Below, in pieces: positions 28,261 through 37,725 of a DNA stretch of 64,000 nucleotides. Below the pieces are notes generated by a model, which worked only from the letters and a program-made list of their open reading frames with translations, searched no databases and was not told the origin of the DNA. Position 1 is the first letter of the stretch. Each line of letters begins with the position of its first letter. Both the position numbers and the translations under genes were made by a program. The DNA is from Candidatus Latescibacterota bacterium (GTDB lineage Bacteria > Latescibacterota > UBA2968 > UBA8231). The stretch lies in assembly GCA_964291625.2 (NCBI GenBank), contig OZ220089.1, positions 2,240,001 through 2,304,000 of the forward strand, read 5' to 3'.

Positions 28261-29784
28261 ATGACAGACGCCAGAAGCCTGATCCAGGCCGTCGCCGGCC
28301 ACGCCGCCTCGGTCCTGGAGCTCTGCGCCGACCGCTACAGCGGACATGGCACCCCGATGCTGGCCGACCACGTCGACCTGTCGACGGGGGAGCCCGAGCG
28401 CTGGGAGGGCCGCGTCCTCTCGAACCTGGCCCGCCAGCAGCACTTCCTGCGGGTCCTCGTGGGGCTCGACGCGCTGGGCGAGAGCCGCTTCGGCGACGCC
28501 GCGAAAAGCTGGATCGGTCACGCCCTGCCGGCGGTCACCGACGAGGGCGGCCTGCTCCACTGGGGCGGGCACTCGACCTACGCCCTGGACGAGGACGGGC
28601 CCCTGCCGGGGAACCACGAGCTGAAGTGCGTCTACCCCTTCTACGACTACCTTCACCGGGTCGACCCGGAGGCCACGCGGCGCTTGGTCGAGGCCTTCTG
28701 GCAGCGCCACGTCTGGGACTGGTCGACCCTGCTCTTCAACCGCCACGGCGAATACGGGCCGTGGGACCGGTCGCGGGTCTGGGAGGAGGCGGAGTTCCTC
28801 GCCGGGCCGGTGCCGATCGTCGACCAGACGGCCCTCTCCTTCATCAACACCGGCAGCGACCTGGTCTACGCCGCGGCGGAGCTCTTCCGCCTCCAGGGCG
28901 AGGAGCGGGCCCTGGGCTGGGCGGCGAACCTGGTCTCCCGCTACGACCAGATCCGGCACCCCCGGACCGGCCTGGGCGCCTACCAGTTCAACCACCGCGA
29001 GCCCTGCCGGGTGCGCGAGTCCTTCAAACCGCCCCTCGGCGACCGTCCCGACGTCAACGAGGCGACGGTCCTCACCTCGGGGACGATCGTCACCCGGGGC
29101 CAGCGGGCGGCCCTGACCTTCCTGAACCTCTACGAACAGCTCGGCGGGGAGCACGGGCGGGTCTTCCTCGACGTGGCCCTCGGCGACCTGCGGGCCCTCA
29201 GGGAGTACAGCTGGGACGCCGCCGCGGGCTGCTTCCACCCCGTCCTCTACGACGGACAGCGGCTCAGCGAGCAGGACGCCGAGCAGCGGGGCTACTGCCC
29301 GCCGGCCAAGCTGGTCCAGGTGCCGGCCGACGGCGGCGCCCTGCTGACCTGGGCCCGGGCCTGCAGGGTCACCGGCGACGAGGATCTGCTGGAGATGGCC
29401 GCGGCCCTGGCCGGCGCCATGGGCTGGACCGGCGAGGGGGGCCCGGTGCCCCTGCCCGCGCCCGGGGAGCGGACCCCCGATCCCGTCTCCGCCGTCTTCG
29501 CCCTCCTCGACCTGCACGAGGCCACGGGGGAGACTGCGTATCTCGAGACGGCTGCGTCCCTGGGCCAGGCCCTGGCCGCGGAGCGGACGCGGGACGGCCT
29601 GCTGGCCGAGGAGCCGGCCGCCGCCGGCGCCGCCAGCCAGGACAACGTCCTGGCCCTGGCGCTGCTCCACTGCGCCGCGGCCCGGGAGGAGCGCCGGCAC
29701 CTGGTGCCGCCCTACTATCCCGGCGGCAACCCCTGGGACCCGAAGATCGTGGTGCGCACGGTGGGCCCCCGGGACCGCGGCTGA
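28261..29784 (+). CDS. Polysaccharide lyase family 2 (PelW/exopolygalacturonate lyase)-like protein
   Basis: SNLARQQHFLRVLVGL, LLHWGGH, HELK and NRHG resemble PL2 metal/catalytic motifs. Also SFINTGSDL and TGLGAYQF. No signal peptide. Confidence 0.7.
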   Translation: MTDARSLIQAVAGHAASVLELCADRYSGHGTPMLADHVDLSTGEPERWEGRVLSNLARQQHFLRVLVGLDALGESRFGDAAKSWIGHALPAVTDEGGLLHWGGHSTYALDEDGPLPGNHELKCVYPFYDYLHRVDPEATRRLVEAFWQRHVWDWSTLLFNRHGEYGPWDRSRVWEEAEFLAGPVPIVDQTALSFINTGSDLVYAAAELFRLQGEERALGWAANLVSRYDQIRHPRTGLGAYQFNHREPCRVRESFKPPLGDRPDVNEATVLTSGTIVTRGQRAALTFLNLYEQLGGEHGRVFLDVALGDLRALREYSWDAAAGCFHPVLYDGQRLSEQDAEQRGYCPPAKLVQVPADGGALLTWARACRVTGDEDLLEMAAALAGAMGWTGEGGPVPLPAPGERTPDPVSAVFALLDLHEATGETAYLETAASLGQALAAERTRDGLLAEEPAAAGAASQDNVLALALLHCAAAREERRHLVPPYYPGGNPWDPKIVVRTVGPRDRG

Positions 29785-31109
29785 TGCCCGACCGCCGCAG
29801 CGTCCTCCTCCTCATCGCCGACGACTGGAGCCCCTTGGCCGGCTGCTACGGCAGCCCCGTCATCCGGACCCCTCACGTCGACGCCCTCGCCCGCCGGGCG
29901 ACCCGCTTCACCCACGCCTTCTGCACCTCGCCGTCGTGCGCCGCCAGCCGCGCCAACATCCTCACCGGCCACTACAGCCACACCCACGGCCAGTACGGCC
30001 ACTCCCACGGGGTGCACAACTTCCACACCGCCGCCTCCATGCCGTCGATCCCGAAGCGCCTCGGCGCCGCGGGGTACGCCACCGGCATCATCGGCAAGCT
30101 GCACACGCAGCCGGCGAGCGTCTACCCCTGGACCGACGACCTGCAGCGGGTCCCCGGCGGGGGCCGCAACGTCGCCGTCATGGCCGAGATGGCGGCGGGC
30201 TTCCTCGCCGACGCCGGAGACCGCCCCTTCTACCTGCACATGGGATTCGCCGACCCGCACCGCGACTTCGGCAACCGCCGGAGCTACGAGGGCGTGGAGG
30301 AGACCCGCTACGACCCGGCGGAGGTGCCGGTCCCCGACTTCCTGCCCGACCACCCGGAGGTGCGGGCCGAGCTGGCCGAGTACTACCAGTCGGTCTCGCG
30401 GATGGACCTCGGCTTCGGCTTGGCCATGCAGGCCCTGGAGGCGTCCGGCCGCGCCGGCGAGACCCTGGTCATCGTCATGAGCGACCACGGCATGCCCTTC
30501 CCCGGCGCCAAGGCCTCCTCCTTCGACTCCGGCCACCACTGCCCGCTGCTGATCGCGCGCCCCGGCGCCGGGGAGGTGGAGTGCGACGCCCTGGTCAACT
30601 GGTCCAGCATCGCCCCCACCGTCTTCGACTGGTGCGGCGTGGAGCCGCCGGACGGCCTGCCGGAACGCTCGCTGATGCCGGTCCTCGACCAGGAGCACCC
30701 GCCGGGGTGGGACGAGACCTTCCTCTCCCACACCTTCCACGAGGTGACCAACTACTACCCCTACCGCGGGCTGCGGGGGCGCCGCTACAAGTACGTGCGC
30801 AACCTCTACCCCGAGCTGACGCGTCCCCTGCCCAGCGACCTGTGGGCCTCCCCCACTTGGAGGGCCGTCGAGCGGGAGGGGATGCAGATGATGGGGCAGC
30901 GCCCGACCCGGGCCTTCCTGCGCCAGCCGACCGAGGCCCTCTTCGACATCGAGGCCGATCCCGTGGAGGCGGCGAACCTCATCGACGAGCCGGCCCTGCA
31001 GCCGGTGGCCGAGGAGATGCGGAGCAAGGTGAAGGAGTTCCGCCTGCGGACGCGGGACCCGTGGGTGCTCGCCTCCCGGCAGATGGGGGAGACGGGGCTG
31101 GAGGGGTAG
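29784..31109 (+). CDS. Formylglycine-dependent sulfatase (sulfamidase/N-sulfoglucosamine sulfohydrolase-like)
   Basis: ATG overlaps the upstream TGA. Motifs LLIADD, SPSCAASRANILTG, GKLH, DPHR, SDHG and HTFHE. Confidence 0.9.
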   Translation: MPDRRSVLLLIADDWSPLAGCYGSPVIRTPHVDALARRATRFTHAFCTSPSCAASRANILTGHYSHTHGQYGHSHGVHNFHTAASMPSIPKRLGAAGYATGIIGKLHTQPASVYPWTDDLQRVPGGGRNVAVMAEMAAGFLADAGDRPFYLHMGFADPHRDFGNRRSYEGVEETRYDPAEVPVPDFLPDHPEVRAELAEYYQSVSRMDLGFGLAMQALEASGRAGETLVIVMSDHGMPFPGAKASSFDSGHHCPLLIARPGAGEVECDALVNWSSIAPTVFDWCGVEPPDGLPERSLMPVLDQEHPPGWDETFLSHTFHEVTNYYPYRGLRGRRYKYVRNLYPELTRPLPSDLWASPTWRAVEREGMQMMGQRPTRAFLRQPTEALFDIEADPVEAANLIDEPALQPVAEEMRSKVKEFRLRTRDPWVLASRQMGETGLEG

Positions 31110-31134
31110 CGGCCCCCGGGGCGGCGGCCGGCCC

Positions 31135-32043
31135 TCAGGGCTGGTAGGGTGATCCGGTGCGGCGCAGCTGCTTGGTGATGGCCAGCTGCACCGTGCAGTA
31201 GTCGCCGATGTACTCGGTGGCGAACCCCGGCCGCGCGTCGGCGATGGTGCCGACGATCATGTTGGCGTACTCGTAGGTCGTCTCGTAGCGGTCGATGATG
31301 AGGGCCACCATCTCGATCCAGGCCTTCTTGAGCGCCTCCCCCCAGTTCGGTCCGATGCCCCCCGTGAGCCACTCCTCCGCCTCTTCCACGTGGCGGGTCT
31401 TCTCGACCACGGGGCTGGCGTTCGGGAAGCCGGGGGAGCGGTCGACGCGGATGGTGACAGCCGCGTCGATCTCGACGCCGGCGGCGGTCAGCTCGCCCTC
31501 GCCCATGCGCGCATGGGTGTCCCCCATCGACAGGTAGCCCCCCGGCTTCTGGGCGCGGATGTGCACGGTGCTTCCCGGCTGGATGGAGTTGAAGTCCATG
31601 TTGCCGCCGTGGTCGATCGCATGGGGGGCCACCGACGCCAACTGGATGACGCCGACCATGGGCCGGACGGGCACGACGAAGTCCGGCGGGAAGTGGATGA
31701 GGCCGTCCCGCACCGGCGCCACCGCCCGCCAGTAGCCCCAGTGGGGCCCGGCGTTGCGGTAGAAGCCGTAGGGCCCGCACTCCATGTCGAGGATCTCGAT
31801 GGCGACCCAGTCGTCGGGCTCGATCCCCTCGATGACGAAGGGACCGCCGTGGCGGGAGTGACGCGGGGTGTTGGCGGCCACGATCATGCCGGCGCGGGTC
31901 TCGCCGGCGGCCTCGTAGTCGTGGTCGGCGCCGCCCACGGTCTCGACGACGACCGTCTCGCCCAGCTTCAGGGTGCCGCGCGGCTGTCCTCGCTCCGGGT
32001 CGTCGGGGCCGGAGTAGCAGGGGGTCCGTGTGAAGTGTCGCAT
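31135..32043 (-). CDS. Acetamidase/formamidase-family protein
   Basis: GPFVIEGIEPDD, HGGNMD and SMGDTHARMGEGELTAAGVE. Confidence 0.8.
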   Translation of the reverse strand: MRHFTRTPCYSGPDDPERGQPRGTLKLGETVVVETVGGADHDYEAAGETRAGMIVAANTPRHSRHGGPFVIEGIEPDDWVAIEILDMECGPYGFYRNAGPHWGYWRAVAPVRDGLIHFPPDFVVPVRPMVGVIQLASVAPHAIDHGGNMDFNSIQPGSTVHIRAQKPGGYLSMGDTHARMGEGELTAAGVEIDAAVTIRVDRSPGFPNASPVVEKTRHVEEAEEWLTGGIGPNWGEALKKAWIEMVALIIDRYETTYEYANMIVGTIADARPGFATEYIGDYCTVQLAITKQLRRTGSPYQP

Positions 32044-32046
32044 GGG

Positions 32047-32280
32047 CTACGGAGCGTACGGGTCCTCCGCGTCGAGGATCCTGCCCAGCGTCTCCTCGTC
32101 GCCGAAGCGGTTGATCTCGTCCTCGTAGGTGGCGTTCTCGGTGCGCACCTGCGCCACGTGCCAGAGGATCCACAAGGCCACGCCGACGACGAACATCAGT
32201 CCTTCCAGGCCCACGAAGGGATAGAGGGGGCCGATCTCGGAGATGTTGCCGGCCCAGCTTGTCACGTTTCCAGTAGCCAT
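32047..32280 (-). CDS. Small single-pass membrane protein downstream of the Amt-like gene
   Basis: 77 aa with GPLYPFVG followed by one hydrophobic helix ending WILWH. AGGAGAG RBS upstream. Confidence 0.75.
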   Translation of the reverse strand: MATGNVTSWAGNISEIGPLYPFVGLEGLMFVVGVALWILWHVAQVRTENATYEDEINRFGDEETLGRILDAEDPYAP

Positions 32281-32308
32281 GACTCTCTCCTGTGCGTTCC
32301 GAAGCGGT

Positions 32309-33676
32309 TCAGGCCTTGCCGAGCTCCTCGCGCTCGGCGTCGATGATGCCCTGCTCCTCTTGGGCCCGGTCGTGGGCGGTGGCGTAGTCGAGACCGGCCA
32401 GCTCGATCTGGCGCGGGATGCGCAGGATGCCCGCGGCGCTGAGGATCTTCGCCGCGATCCAGCCGGGGATGAAGCCCAGCACCAGGAACATGATCAGGGC
32501 GCCGGCGATCTGCCCCAGGGGATTGATGCTGGCGAAGCTCTCGTCCGGAGACGACGGATAGCCCCAGAGCACGAAACCGCAGATGACGACGCCGAAGAAG
32601 CCGGCGTACCCGTGGACGGCCACGGCGCCGACCGCGTCGTCGATCCGGAACCGGCGCTCCACGAAGTAGTGGACCTTGTACATGAAGACCACGCCCAGGG
32701 CGGCGATGATCATCGCCTGCACCGGGTGGTAGAGGTCGTTGCCGGCCGAGGCGGCGATGATCCCGGCCAGACCCGCCGAGTAGGTCCAGTAGGCGTCCCC
32801 CCGGGAGATGATGTATCCCGCCAGAAGCCCGCCCGAGAGGGCCATGAGGAAGTTCACCGTGATCGCCGACAGGGTGGTGGGCGCCAGGTAGATGTTTGTG
32901 GCGGAGTAGAAGGTGCCGTCGCCGCTCTGCACGTCCCACATGGGCACGTTGCAGGCCACGTAGAAGCCCCAGAAGCCGGTGTAGATCAGGAAGAGGCCGA
33001 TCGTCACCAGCCAGGGGTTGCGGGGGTTCAGGCTCCGCGGGGTGCCGTCGGGGGCGAACTTGCCGATGCGCGGTCCGAGAACGACCAGCACGCCGAGGGC
33101 GAAGCCGCCGGCGATGGCGTGGATCACGCCCGAGGCGTAGGCGTCGTGATAGCCGAGGACCTTCACCATCCAGCCTTCGGCGTGCCATCCCCAGGCCGCG
33201 TCGATCACCCAGAACACGGACCCGATCAGGATCGCCAGGATCCAGAAGGCCGACGAGCGGATGCGCTCGATCACCGATCCCGAGACGATGGAAGCCGCCG
33301 TCCACGAGAACAGGAGGAAGGCGGCCCAGAACACGCCGTTGATCCGGGCCCAGCCGTCCGGGTCGCCGGCGCCTCCCATGTGGGGCCCCATGAGCTGGCT
33401 CCAGGCCGTCGCGTGGGGCGCCTCCACCAGCCCGCCGGTGATGCCGGGGCCGTTGGGCAGGGCGAAGTAGATCCACCACCCGAAGAAGAAGAATGTGATC
33501 GTCACCAGGGGGATCAGCATCGTGTTCTTCATCAGGGTGTGCATGTGGTTCTTGTGGCGGGAGACCCCCACCTCGTACATGCAGAACCCCACGTGGATGA
33601 AGAACATGAGCACCACCGTGATCCAGTAGTAGAACTCGGTGAAAATGGTGGTCAGGGAACCAAGCTCGGTGGTCAT
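32309..33676 (-). CDS. amt: Ammonium transporter (Amt)-family channel, divergent subtype
   Basis: GFCMYEVG, SIVSGSVIER, HDAYASGVIH, GPRIGKF and IDDAVGAVAVHG, with multiple TM helices. Start MTTELG at 33676 after GGAGGAG. Confidence 0.9.
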   Translation of the reverse strand: MTTELGSLTTIFTEFYYWITVVLMFFIHVGFCMYEVGVSRHKNHMHTLMKNTMLIPLVTITFFFFGWWIYFALPNGPGITGGLVEAPHATAWSQLMGPHMGGAGDPDGWARINGVFWAAFLLFSWTAASIVSGSVIERIRSSAFWILAILIGSVFWVIDAAWGWHAEGWMVKVLGYHDAYASGVIHAIAGGFALGVLVVLGPRIGKFAPDGTPRSLNPRNPWLVTIGLFLIYTGFWGFYVACNVPMWDVQSGDGTFYSATNIYLAPTTLSAITVNFLMALSGGLLAGYIISRGDAYWTYSAGLAGIIAASAGNDLYHPVQAMIIAALGVVFMYKVHYFVERRFRIDDAVGAVAVHGYAGFFGVVICGFVLWGYPSSPDESFASINPLGQIAGALIMFLVLGFIPGWIAAKILSAAGILRIPRQIELAGLDYATAHDRAQEEQGIIDAEREELGKA

Positions 33677-33774
33677 GCTCTCCTCCGCAGGGCTTGGGGC
33701 GGAACGGGTTGCGGCCAATAAACGGCGGGAGGAGCGGGGGGATCAAGGGAAAAGCGGGCAGGCAGGCAGCTGGA

Positions 33775-35487
33775 TCACCCTCCCGGCGAGGGAAGGTCGA
33801 TCCGCCAGATGCCGGTGGCCTGTCTCGCCATCCAACCCTGATGGGCGCGGATCTTCTCCACGGTCCAGGTATCGAAGTCCTCTGCCAGCTTGCGCGTCGT
33901 GGCAAAGCCGCTCTCCTGGTAGACCGGCCGCTTCCGGGGGTATCCCGAGTTTCCCAGATCGCGATTCGCCGCGGCCTCCAGCAAGGTCATGTTCCCGAGA
34001 CGGTAGGTGGAGGCCTCCCGCTGCTGATCGTCGAACTGTTGCCACTCGTCGCCGGGATTCTCCGGCAACACGTGCTCGATCCCGAACCTGGCGCTCTCGG
34101 ACTCGAAGCGCTGTCCCGACAGCTGCGCCTCGAGCCGCAACAGGATGAAACGCACAACCTTGTTGTTGCGGGAGCTCGTGGTTCGCAGGGTCTTGTCCGC
34201 AAAGGCTGCTCTGAACTCCGCATCTGCGGGATAGACCGGACGCAGTTCCGCGATCGCGGCCTCGGCGCCGTCAATCCTTCCTGACGAGATCCCGCGGGCG
34301 ACCTGGTTGTAGACCACCTCCTGCTCATTGCTCTGCCGGCTGCAGATCACGTTGTATCGAAACGACACCACCGCGATCGCCCGCAGGAGTCGCCTGAAGC
34401 CGGCGCGATCGCCTTCCTCGAGCCGTTCGAAGGCCGCCAGCAACACGGCCAGAGGCTGGCGCACGTTGAACATCTGCAACTGGGCCAGGCCGTCCCGTTC
34501 CTCTGCCGTCCAGAGGTCCTCCTCCGGGTTGCGCAAGGCCGCATAGACCCGGGCGCTCCGGTCCATGGCGCGGATCAGCTCGAACGCTGCTGACCGGTCG
34601 CGGATGGCGTCGCGAATGACCTTGAACAGATCCGCCTTGCGCACCAACTGGTTTCGGCTGTTCCAGAAAACCCGCAGGTACTCCGGAAGGCTCTCGCTGC
34701 CCAGCAGCCCGACGATGCCCTCCCAGCGGTCTTCCAGGGCCTTGATCTCCGATTCGTGGGCATCGCCCCGGGAGACGACGGAGAACAGGTAGTTCTTCAG
34801 CAGATCGGTGGCCGACAGACGCACGCCACGCGCGTTGAGCGTCTCGAAGACCTTGAAGGCGTTCAGTTCGTCGGTGACGGTGATGATCGTGAAGAACAGC
34901 CTGTCCACCGCGCCGTCGACGAAACGCGCCACCCCCTCGCCGTCATCGCCCGAGCGTTCCTCGATGCGCTCCCTGAACCAGAGAAAGGCCCGGCGCAGCA
35001 GACGTTCCGATGCGTTCAGCCCTCTCTGCGGCAGGTCCTCCAGGGGCACCAGGTAGTTCTGGTAGAAACGATCGTTGTGCCGGTTCAGGGTCAGCTTGGA
35101 GCGGGACACCAGGCTCACCGGATCCAGGTAGCCGATGTAGTTGCCGCGCAGCTGCTCGGCGCGCCGCCGCTGCGGGTCATCCGGATCATCGGACCGGGAC
35201 AGGTGCGTCAGATGCGCCACCGCGGCCAGCATCAGCAGGCTCAGCGTGGTCATTCGCTGCTGCCCGTCGATGATCTCGAAGGCCCTGTTGTCGGCTGATT
35301 GCAGCACGAGGTAGCCCATGTAGTGAGCCGGCTCCGGCTCCTCATCGAAGAGCGCGACGATGTCCTGCCAGAGATCGTCCCATTCGTCCGGCCCCCAGGA
35401 GTAGTCGCGCTGGAACATGGGCACGCGATAGCTCAGCCCATTGCCCATCAACTGGCGGAAAGTGTTGTTGGCGGTGTTGAAGTTCAT
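33775..35487 (-). CDS. gmrSD: DUF262 + DUF1524 (HNH) protein, GmrSD-type modification-dependent restriction nuclease
   Basis: VPMFQRDYSW, IIDGQQR and FETLNARG (DUF262); IEHVLPE...RLGNMTLL...N (DUF1524). Visibly lower GC3 than neighbours. Confidence 0.85.
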   Translation of the reverse strand: MNFNTANNTFRQLMGNGLSYRVPMFQRDYSWGPDEWDDLWQDIVALFDEEPEPAHYMGYLVLQSADNRAFEIIDGQQRMTTLSLLMLAAVAHLTHLSRSDDPDDPQRRRAEQLRGNYIGYLDPVSLVSRSKLTLNRHNDRFYQNYLVPLEDLPQRGLNASERLLRRAFLWFRERIEERSGDDGEGVARFVDGAVDRLFFTIITVTDELNAFKVFETLNARGVRLSATDLLKNYLFSVVSRGDAHESEIKALEDRWEGIVGLLGSESLPEYLRVFWNSRNQLVRKADLFKVIRDAIRDRSAAFELIRAMDRSARVYAALRNPEEDLWTAEERDGLAQLQMFNVRQPLAVLLAAFERLEEGDRAGFRRLLRAIAVVSFRYNVICSRQSNEQEVVYNQVARGISSGRIDGAEAAIAELRPVYPADAEFRAAFADKTLRTTSSRNNKVVRFILLRLEAQLSGQRFESESARFGIEHVLPENPGDEWQQFDDQQREASTYRLGNMTLLEAAANRDLGNSGYPRKRPVYQESGFATTRKLAEDFDTWTVEKIRAHQGWMARQATGIWRIDLPSPGG

Positions 35488-35633
35488 GCGGTCCTCAGAC
35501 GAGCGCCTCCGCTGGGACAGAGCTTTTCGGCTGCCCGTTCTCCTCCAACTCCCAATGCCGCGACGGCCGCTCGCAGGGGAGTTGATCCCTGCTCAGGCAC
35601 AAAATCTACTGCCCGCCGCCTCCCGCCGCCGAC

Positions 35634-36443
35634 TCAATCCCAGGGATCCACCCCCGCCAGCTTCCGCCCCAGACTCGTCAGCTCGGCCGTCTTCCCCTCG
35701 CGGGCCTCGCGTTCCTCGGCGTAGCGGCCGAGCCCTGACAACCGCCGCTGCCAGAAGTCGGTGCGCTTCTGCCGCGCCTCCTCGCTGTCGCCGGCGGGAC
35801 CCATGGTGATGTACTGCGCCACCCGGGGACTGTCGCCGCGGTTGAGGCTCGCCGTGTGCGGCAGGGCGGTGCGCCAGATCACCAGGTCCCCCGCTTCGGC
35901 GCCGATGCGCCGCGTGCCCAGGGCCAGCAGGTCCTGCCCGCGGGGATCGGCCCCTTCCGGCAGCTCGTCGAGCCACCCCTCCAGGCGCTGGTGGAACCCC
36001 GGCACGCAGACGAAGGCCCCCTGCTCGGCGGGCGTGTCGTTCAGGTAGAGCACGCCCTGCACGCCGAAGGGCAGGGGACGGTTGTCCAGGGAGGCGTCCC
36101 AATGCAGGCCGTGCTCGGGGGCGTCCTTGTCCCGGGCCGGCGGACTGATGCTGGCCCGGTCGTGGCTGACCCACAGCCTGTCATTGCCCCAGACCTGGCT
36201 GAAGGCGCGGTGGACCCGGGGGGCGGTGCGGTTGTCCCACATCGTCTGGTGCTGGTAGATCTCGACCATGATGCCGCGCCGGTCCTCCGGGTACCAGGTC
36301 CCGGGATCGTCCGGGTCCATTCCGGTAAACGCCCACACCGCCCGCGCCGTACGCTCGGCCTGATCGCGGTCGATCACCTGACGAGCGACGACATACCCTT
36401 CTTCGGCAAAGGAATCGAGCTCTTCCCTGCTCAGGACATCCAT
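35634..36443 (-). CDS. Phytanoyl-CoA dioxygenase (PhyH)-family Fe(II)/2OG oxygenase
   Basis: FAEEGYVV, LHWD, VQGVLYL, CVPGFH and GDLVIW...LPH...N...R. Confidence 0.85.
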   Translation of the reverse strand: MDVLSREELDSFAEEGYVVARQVIDRDQAERTARAVWAFTGMDPDDPGTWYPEDRRGIMVEIYQHQTMWDNRTAPRVHRAFSQVWGNDRLWVSHDRASISPPARDKDAPEHGLHWDASLDNRPLPFGVQGVLYLNDTPAEQGAFVCVPGFHQRLEGWLDELPEGADPRGQDLLALGTRRIGAEAGDLVIWRTALPHTASLNRGDSPRVAQYITMGPAGDSEEARQKRTDFWQRRLSGLGRYAEEREAREGKTAELTSLGRKLAGVDPWD

Positions 36444-36518
36444 TGAGGTCTCCCCCTCTCGCTGGCTGGTTCGTTCAGGATGCGTCACGATGCCGTAGTT
36501 GGCGGCGAACCGCCGCCG

Positions 36519-37706
36519 CTACTCGACATGTTGTCCGAAGGTGCTGCCGAGCAGTCCCTCGAGCGTGGGTGTCACCTGCCAGAAATCCCGTAGCTCCCGG
36601 TACTCCCGGACCAGGTCCGGGTCGCCGGGCGGCAGTCCGCGCCGGGCCCGGATCAGCAGATTCTTCGCGGTATGTTCGGGATCGACGAACTCGACGACGC
36701 TGGTGCGATAGCCCATGATGCGCAGCGTCAGCGCCCGCAGGGCATCGGTCAGGATCTCGGCGGTGCGCTGCTTGAGCACGCCATGGCGCAGCACCGGCTG
36801 GAACAGCGGGGCCCGGAGTTGCGGGCGCAGCTCGTGCTGGCAGCAGGGCGCGGCCAGGATGATGCGGCTGTCCTGCAGGATCCCCTGGGCCAGGGCCTCG
36901 TCCGTGGCGGTATTGCACGCGTGCAGACTCAGCACCAGGTCCGGGGGGCGCTCCAGCACGAGATCGGAGATGGCCGCCGTCCGAAAGCTCAGGCCGGTCC
37001 AACCCAGCTCGTCCCGCAGGCGGTCGCACTTGGTCACCAGTTCGCGGTCTCGGTCGATTCCGATGACGCGGACCGGACGGCCCTGCATGTGGTGCAGGTA
37101 GTGATAGGCGGCAAAGGTGAGATAGGCGCGGCCACAGCCGAAATCGACGATCTCGAGGGGCCGATCCGATCCATCCGCTTCTTCCACCACCTGTGACACG
37201 ATCCGGAGGAACTCGTTCACCTGGCGGAACTTGCCCTGCGCGGGCGGACGCACGCGGCCGCCGGCGTCCATGATGCCAAGGGCCTGCAGGAGGATGTCCG
37301 GCGTCCCACGGGGCAGCGCATGCTCCTTCACGCGGTCATGGGCGATGGGGGGCCGGCCCGACAGCGACGGCGGCGTGCGGTCGATGAGGGGCCTGTTCCT
37401 CCTGGTGACCCGCACATAGAGGTCGCCGGAGGTCGCCTGCAGGTGGAACTGGCGGAACGGCAAGGCGAGCGCCTCGTCCAGCTTCTGCTCCAGGTGCGGG
37501 TCCGCGCAGTTCTCGGTGATGTCCCTGCGCCCATCGAACCAGGAGAACTGCATCCGCGGCTGCCCCTGAACCAGGACGGGGCGAACCACCGCCTTGTGCC
37601 ATTGGAGATCGCTGCCCTGGCGCTTGCCGCTCATCGTCAGACGGAGGAAGGTCGCGCTCTCGAGGACCGAGGCGCGCAGCATCTCTCGATAGTCGCTCTC
37701 CGTCAT
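36519..37706 (-). CDS. Class I SAM-dependent methyltransferase (Methyltransf_32 type)
   Basis: KFRQVNEFL, IVDFGCGRAYL, SLHACNTATD, APCCQHE and EHTAKN. Confidence 0.85.
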   Translation of the reverse strand: MTESDYREMLRASVLESATFLRLTMSGKRQGSDLQWHKAVVRPVLVQGQPRMQFSWFDGRRDITENCADPHLEQKLDEALALPFRQFHLQATSGDLYVRVTRRNRPLIDRTPPSLSGRPPIAHDRVKEHALPRGTPDILLQALGIMDAGGRVRPPAQGKFRQVNEFLRIVSQVVEEADGSDRPLEIVDFGCGRAYLTFAAYHYLHHMQGRPVRVIGIDRDRELVTKCDRLRDELGWTGLSFRTAAISDLVLERPPDLVLSLHACNTATDEALAQGILQDSRIILAAPCCQHELRPQLRAPLFQPVLRHGVLKQRTAEILTDALRALTLRIMGYRTSVVEFVDPEHTAKNLLIRARRGLPPGDPDLVREYRELRDFWQVTPTLEGLLGSTFGQHVE

Positions 37707-37725
37707 GGGAGCAGGACCCGGCCGA

